Source of the DNA: Batkoa obscura
Lineage: Eukaryota
Reading direction: 5' to 3'
Length of the DNA stretch: 38,673 bases
NCBI GenBank assembly: GCA_030770535.1
Contig: JASVEC010000164.1
Location: forward strand, 1 to 38,673
Shown: in pieces, positions 34,932 through 38,673 of the stretch
How the letters are laid out: each line of letters starts with the position of its first letter
Position numbering within the stretch: position 1 is the first letter of the stretch
Program-made: the position numbers and the translations under genes
The notes under the pieces: model-generated
The model's input: the letters and a program-made list of their open reading frames with translations, nothing else
The model's database searches: none
What the model was told of the DNA's origin: nothing

Positions 34932-35537
34932 TTATTTTTTCCACGAATAAATGCATCTCAACTCAGTAAGTTCATATCTACATGTAGCCAGTAGAAATCC
35001 TTTTCCAACTAAAAATCCAACTGATATTGTTAATTTAGTAAAGAGGACTTCATCATTTGGAATAACAAATAATAAGGTAGTATTTAAATAACGTTTATTA
35101 TTGGGACCTAATAAATAATTGCAGAACATAGCTTCCCTATAAACCCCAGATCTAGTTTCTAATTTCTCTTCTAGTTCTTTGCCTATAAACTTATTTCCAA
35201 AATCTGTCAATAAAGGCAAAATAGTTTCGGAAGTATGCCAAAGTTTTGCAGTTTTTGCTTTTATACCCATTGATCTTCCGTTCATAATTCAACGCTACTT
35301 TTCTATCTTGATCATTTTTGAATCCAATTCCAAATTGAAGCTATCATTTTCTTTAATTATTAGATTATGTTTAAGTTCTCCAGTCACATGCCTTACATAA
35401 TCATTTATATCACCTATCTTGGGCTTCCTATCTTCTATTTTATGTGATGAAAAATCGACACTTAGAAAATCTATTAATACATTATAATAAAGTGAAGTTC
35501 TATAAACTCCAAAGTATATAAAGCCCTGCTGTTTGAT
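34932..35537 (-). pseudogene. Unidentified decayed reading frame
   Basis: About 200 codons in one frame (IKQQGFIYFG...KIEK*R*IMNGRS...SWKK*) with only two internal stops, in very AT-rich DNA. Confidence 0.4.
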
Positions 35538-35828
35538 GTAGGTTCGGAAAAATCTTAGTTATTGCTACTAGATACCATATATGATTTAGTTTTTTAATGT
35601 TTGATACCGCTTTTACAGCTTTATTTATAGCACCCAAAGCACTGCATTTATGAAATATTAAAATAAATGTACTAGGCCTAAAATATTAGTTGAAAAGTGT
35701 TTTAATAATTTAAAGATTCAACTTGAGTTATAAGTTTATTGCTTTATTTGGCCATCTTATTAAAATATTTATTCAACTTATAGTATTATTTATATAGCTT
35801 ATTGTATTATCTGTTTAGTTTATTATAT

Positions 35829-35927
35829 GTATATGTATTTTTGTGTTTAAGAGTTTTACTAATAATTTTTCCACTTAAATGGTGCTTAAAAGATAGAAAA
35901 AATAATGAAGCCAAAAAAAACAGCCCC
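35829..35927 (+). mobile_element. MITE family A copy
   Basis: ATGTATTTTTGTGTTTAAG...AAAAAAAACAGCCCC, ATAT on both flanks. Confidence 0.9.
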
Positions 35928-36147
35928 ATATGGTATTATAAAAATTGACTCAAATTTTTACTGTTTATTCTATAAACCCTAATCTCCTATTATCAATAAT
36001 AGCAAAAATTTTAAATGCACCCAATACACTATATCACTAATGTATCTTTATAAATAAAGCAATATATCAAGCTCGCCTTCGCAAATTTAATTACATAGGT
36101 TAGATATTAGATATTGAATTTTTATGAGGTCTTGTAGATAAAGCGCA

Positions 36148-36239
36148 AATTTTTTTTCGGTTTCATCATTTTTTCCATTTTTTAAGCGCTATTTGAGCAG
36201 AAAGATCGTTAGTAAAATTCTCAAGCAAAATACATCCTC
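36148..36239 (-). mobile_element. MITE family A copy, one end lost
   Basis: TTTTTTCCATTTTTTAAGCGCTATTTGAGCAGAAAG...AAAATACATCCTC. Confidence 0.85.
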
Positions 36240-37112
36240 ATGGTTTCTTTTATTAGATTTTAGATTTAAGCTATTGATTTATAAATCTCAACTTTTTAGT
36301 TGCTTTTCAGGTCCGTTTTGTGCGCTAGCTTAATAATAGTATCCCTTAGTCTGCATATGATTTATTGACTCCTATATTACTTATTAAGTTTACTGTATTA
36401 CAGTTCAAAATAACACTCTTACTTTGTTATTCTTACACAAAGCTCCTCTTTTTATTACTAAAATAAAAATAGTATTTCAAACAAAAGGCAAATTATGGGA
36501 TCGTCACTAAACATATCTAAATAGATTAAGATATTAAGTTCATCTTGCAATCATTTTATATTAAAGTGAGCATTTAAGCATCTAACTTTAATGTAAAATA
36601 ACGTGAATAAAATGTGAATGTCTTTTCATTTCAGTAATATCTTATCCACTTTTTACGTAGCTTAAATATAAAATTAACTAAATTGGAAAAAATGCCATCA
36701 AATTTCACAAAAAAATAAAACTTTGTAGCATTCATTAGCAGTATTATAAAAATGATAAGAGATTAAATCTGTGAATATCTACATGTCATTTTTCCTATAA
36801 TTTATAATGAATTTATAATATTGTCATATCTATTAAACTCAAGAAAGATAAATCATAATTATCCTATACTTGATAAGAATAATAAACGTCAACTCACAAA
36901 AAACAATTAAAAATGAGTCATTTTTAAAAATTAAATATCAGCAACAAAACATCTCTAAATTGATAAAGTTCCACCTGACATCAATTAGATAGTACGATTA
37001 AATTCTTCTTGATTGGTTCCTAATTAAAAAACAGGTATTAAAATTCGAAGTTTGAAATTTTAAATTAATAATATAAACTAATAGCAATTTCAAATTAAAA
37101 CAATATTAAAAT

Positions 37113-38490
37113 ATGATCAACTCATTAGGTGCTAGTATCGATGGTAAAAACCAATTTGAACAATCAGATGCAAGAGATATTGTATTGCCAAACCACAGGT
37201 CAAATTCTCACTATATTGCGGTAGATGTAAGTATTTTAAAATAAAAGGCAATAAACCTACATATAGTAATAATTCAATCTCAGATAGGGGGCACATTAGC
37301 AAAGATAGTATACTACTTACCAGTAGAAGGTAAAGGTGGTTTAGGCGGGCGTTTAAACTTTGCCAAGTTTCAAACGGATGACGAGGAACAGTGGCTAAGT
37401 TTTATAAAACAACTTTTAGTGAGTTGTCCATCAAATAACGAAATAGCGCTAAGTGCCACTGGAGGTGGAGCACACCTTTATTTTGATAAGTTAAATGAAA
37501 TAATAACACCGAAATCATTCTTGCAATTGGACGAGATGGATTGTTTAATTAACGGGATCGATTATTTTATTAACGAGATACCAAATGAGGTGTTTATTTA
37601 TAACCCAGAGTTTGATAACGCTATGGAATTTGTGCCCAAAGAGGATATTTCATACCCTTATATGGTAAGTTTTTTGATACTTATTTTGATTATGCACTTT
37701 TTATTTCTTTATAAGCTTTTAGTAGACTGTTATTAACATCTTTATTGTTAGTTGGTCAATATTGGATCTGGAGTATCCATAATCTTAGTTACAGCACCTA
37801 ATGAATATAAAAGAGTCAGTGGTACTTCCTTAGGTGGAGGTACCTTTTGGGGTTTGGTTACTTTACTTACAGGAGTAAGATCTTTTGATGGTAAACTAAA
37901 TTTCAATGCTAATTATTTACTCGGAATTAACTTTTTATTTTAAAGAAATGTTAGAATTATCAAAAAAAGGTACAAATAGTAATGTAGATATGTTGGTTGG
38001 AGATATTTATGGTAAACAATATACCAAGATTGGTTTGAAAGCTTCAGCTATTGCTTCTTCAATGGGTAAAGTATACCGTAAAAAATTTATTAGATAGCGA
38101 AGCTAAACTTACCAATCCACCTACGTTTAAAGAAGAAGATATCATTGTATCGCTGTTATATATGGTTAGGTAATTTTCATAATTGTAAATATATACTTTT
38201 ATTCAATTATTTATAATTAGTAATAATATTGGGCAAATTGCTTACTTAAATGCCCTAGAGCATAAAGTCAATCATATTTATTTTGGTGGCTATTTTATAA
38301 GAGGTAATGCTTAATATCACCAATAGTTTGAAGGTCATTAATTGTTCAAGGTCATGACGTTACAATGAACTCATTGAAATATGCAATCCAATTTTGGTCT
38401 AAAGGAAATATGACAGCTAGATTTTTAAGGCACGAAGGATATTTAGGTGCTATGGGTTGCCTATTGAAATTGCAAGATGAACAACCATAA
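37113..38490 (+). CDS. CAB1: Type II (eukaryotic) pantothenate kinase, multi-exon
   Basis: [81 protein letters not shown] and [15 protein letters not shown] 37113, TAA 38490; one unexplained frame break near 38080. Confidence 0.93.
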
Positions 38491-38673
38491 AGAGATGAAG
38501 AAAAATAAAGAAACGTAAATACAAATGATAAAAAATTAAAACAAATATCGAATTTTAGTTACAATATATACTTTATTTTACAACTTATTTAAACTTTACT
38601 TATTTGTCTTTAAAATTCCATTGCATTTGTTTTAATCGAATACTAAGCTGTGATTCAACAAACTGAAGTCCTT

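Noticed and set aside
1679..36239. MITE family interpreted as a CRISPR array, SINE or solo LTR
   Set aside because: Copies are dispersed in both orientations with TIRs and 4-bp duplications; no regular spacers, Pol III boxes, poly(A) tail or TG...CA ends.

Overview
Very AT-rich eukaryotic DNA with short GT-AG introns, most consistent with an early-diverging fungus (inference). Recognisable genes are the 3' part of poly(A)-binding protein, a C2H2 zinc-finger factor, a secreted tandem-repeat protein, the cohesin loader Scc2/NIPBL, an Ssh4/Ear1-like SPRY membrane protein, endonuclease III (Nth1/Ntg), tRNA-Leu(AAG), a DUF4097-like membrane protein, a NEDD1-like WD40 protein and pantothenate kinase. 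The ORF track misses two larger structures. First, about 20 intergenic copies of a ~95-105 bp MITE (GGGG...CCCC ends) plus a related 254-bp element; empty/filled-site comparisons inside this window show a 4-bp AWWT target duplication, a Sola1-like signature. Second, a birth-and-death family of small secreted proteins (signal peptide, HxLR-x-I-x-D motif, two ~54-aa helical modules) with one intact gene and five pseudogenes, mostly in a MITE-rich island at about 23-32 kb. Also notable are a perfect 76-bp inverted MITE pair and a frame break in the pantothenate kinase gene. All alignments were made by eye, so the edges of decayed features are approximate.
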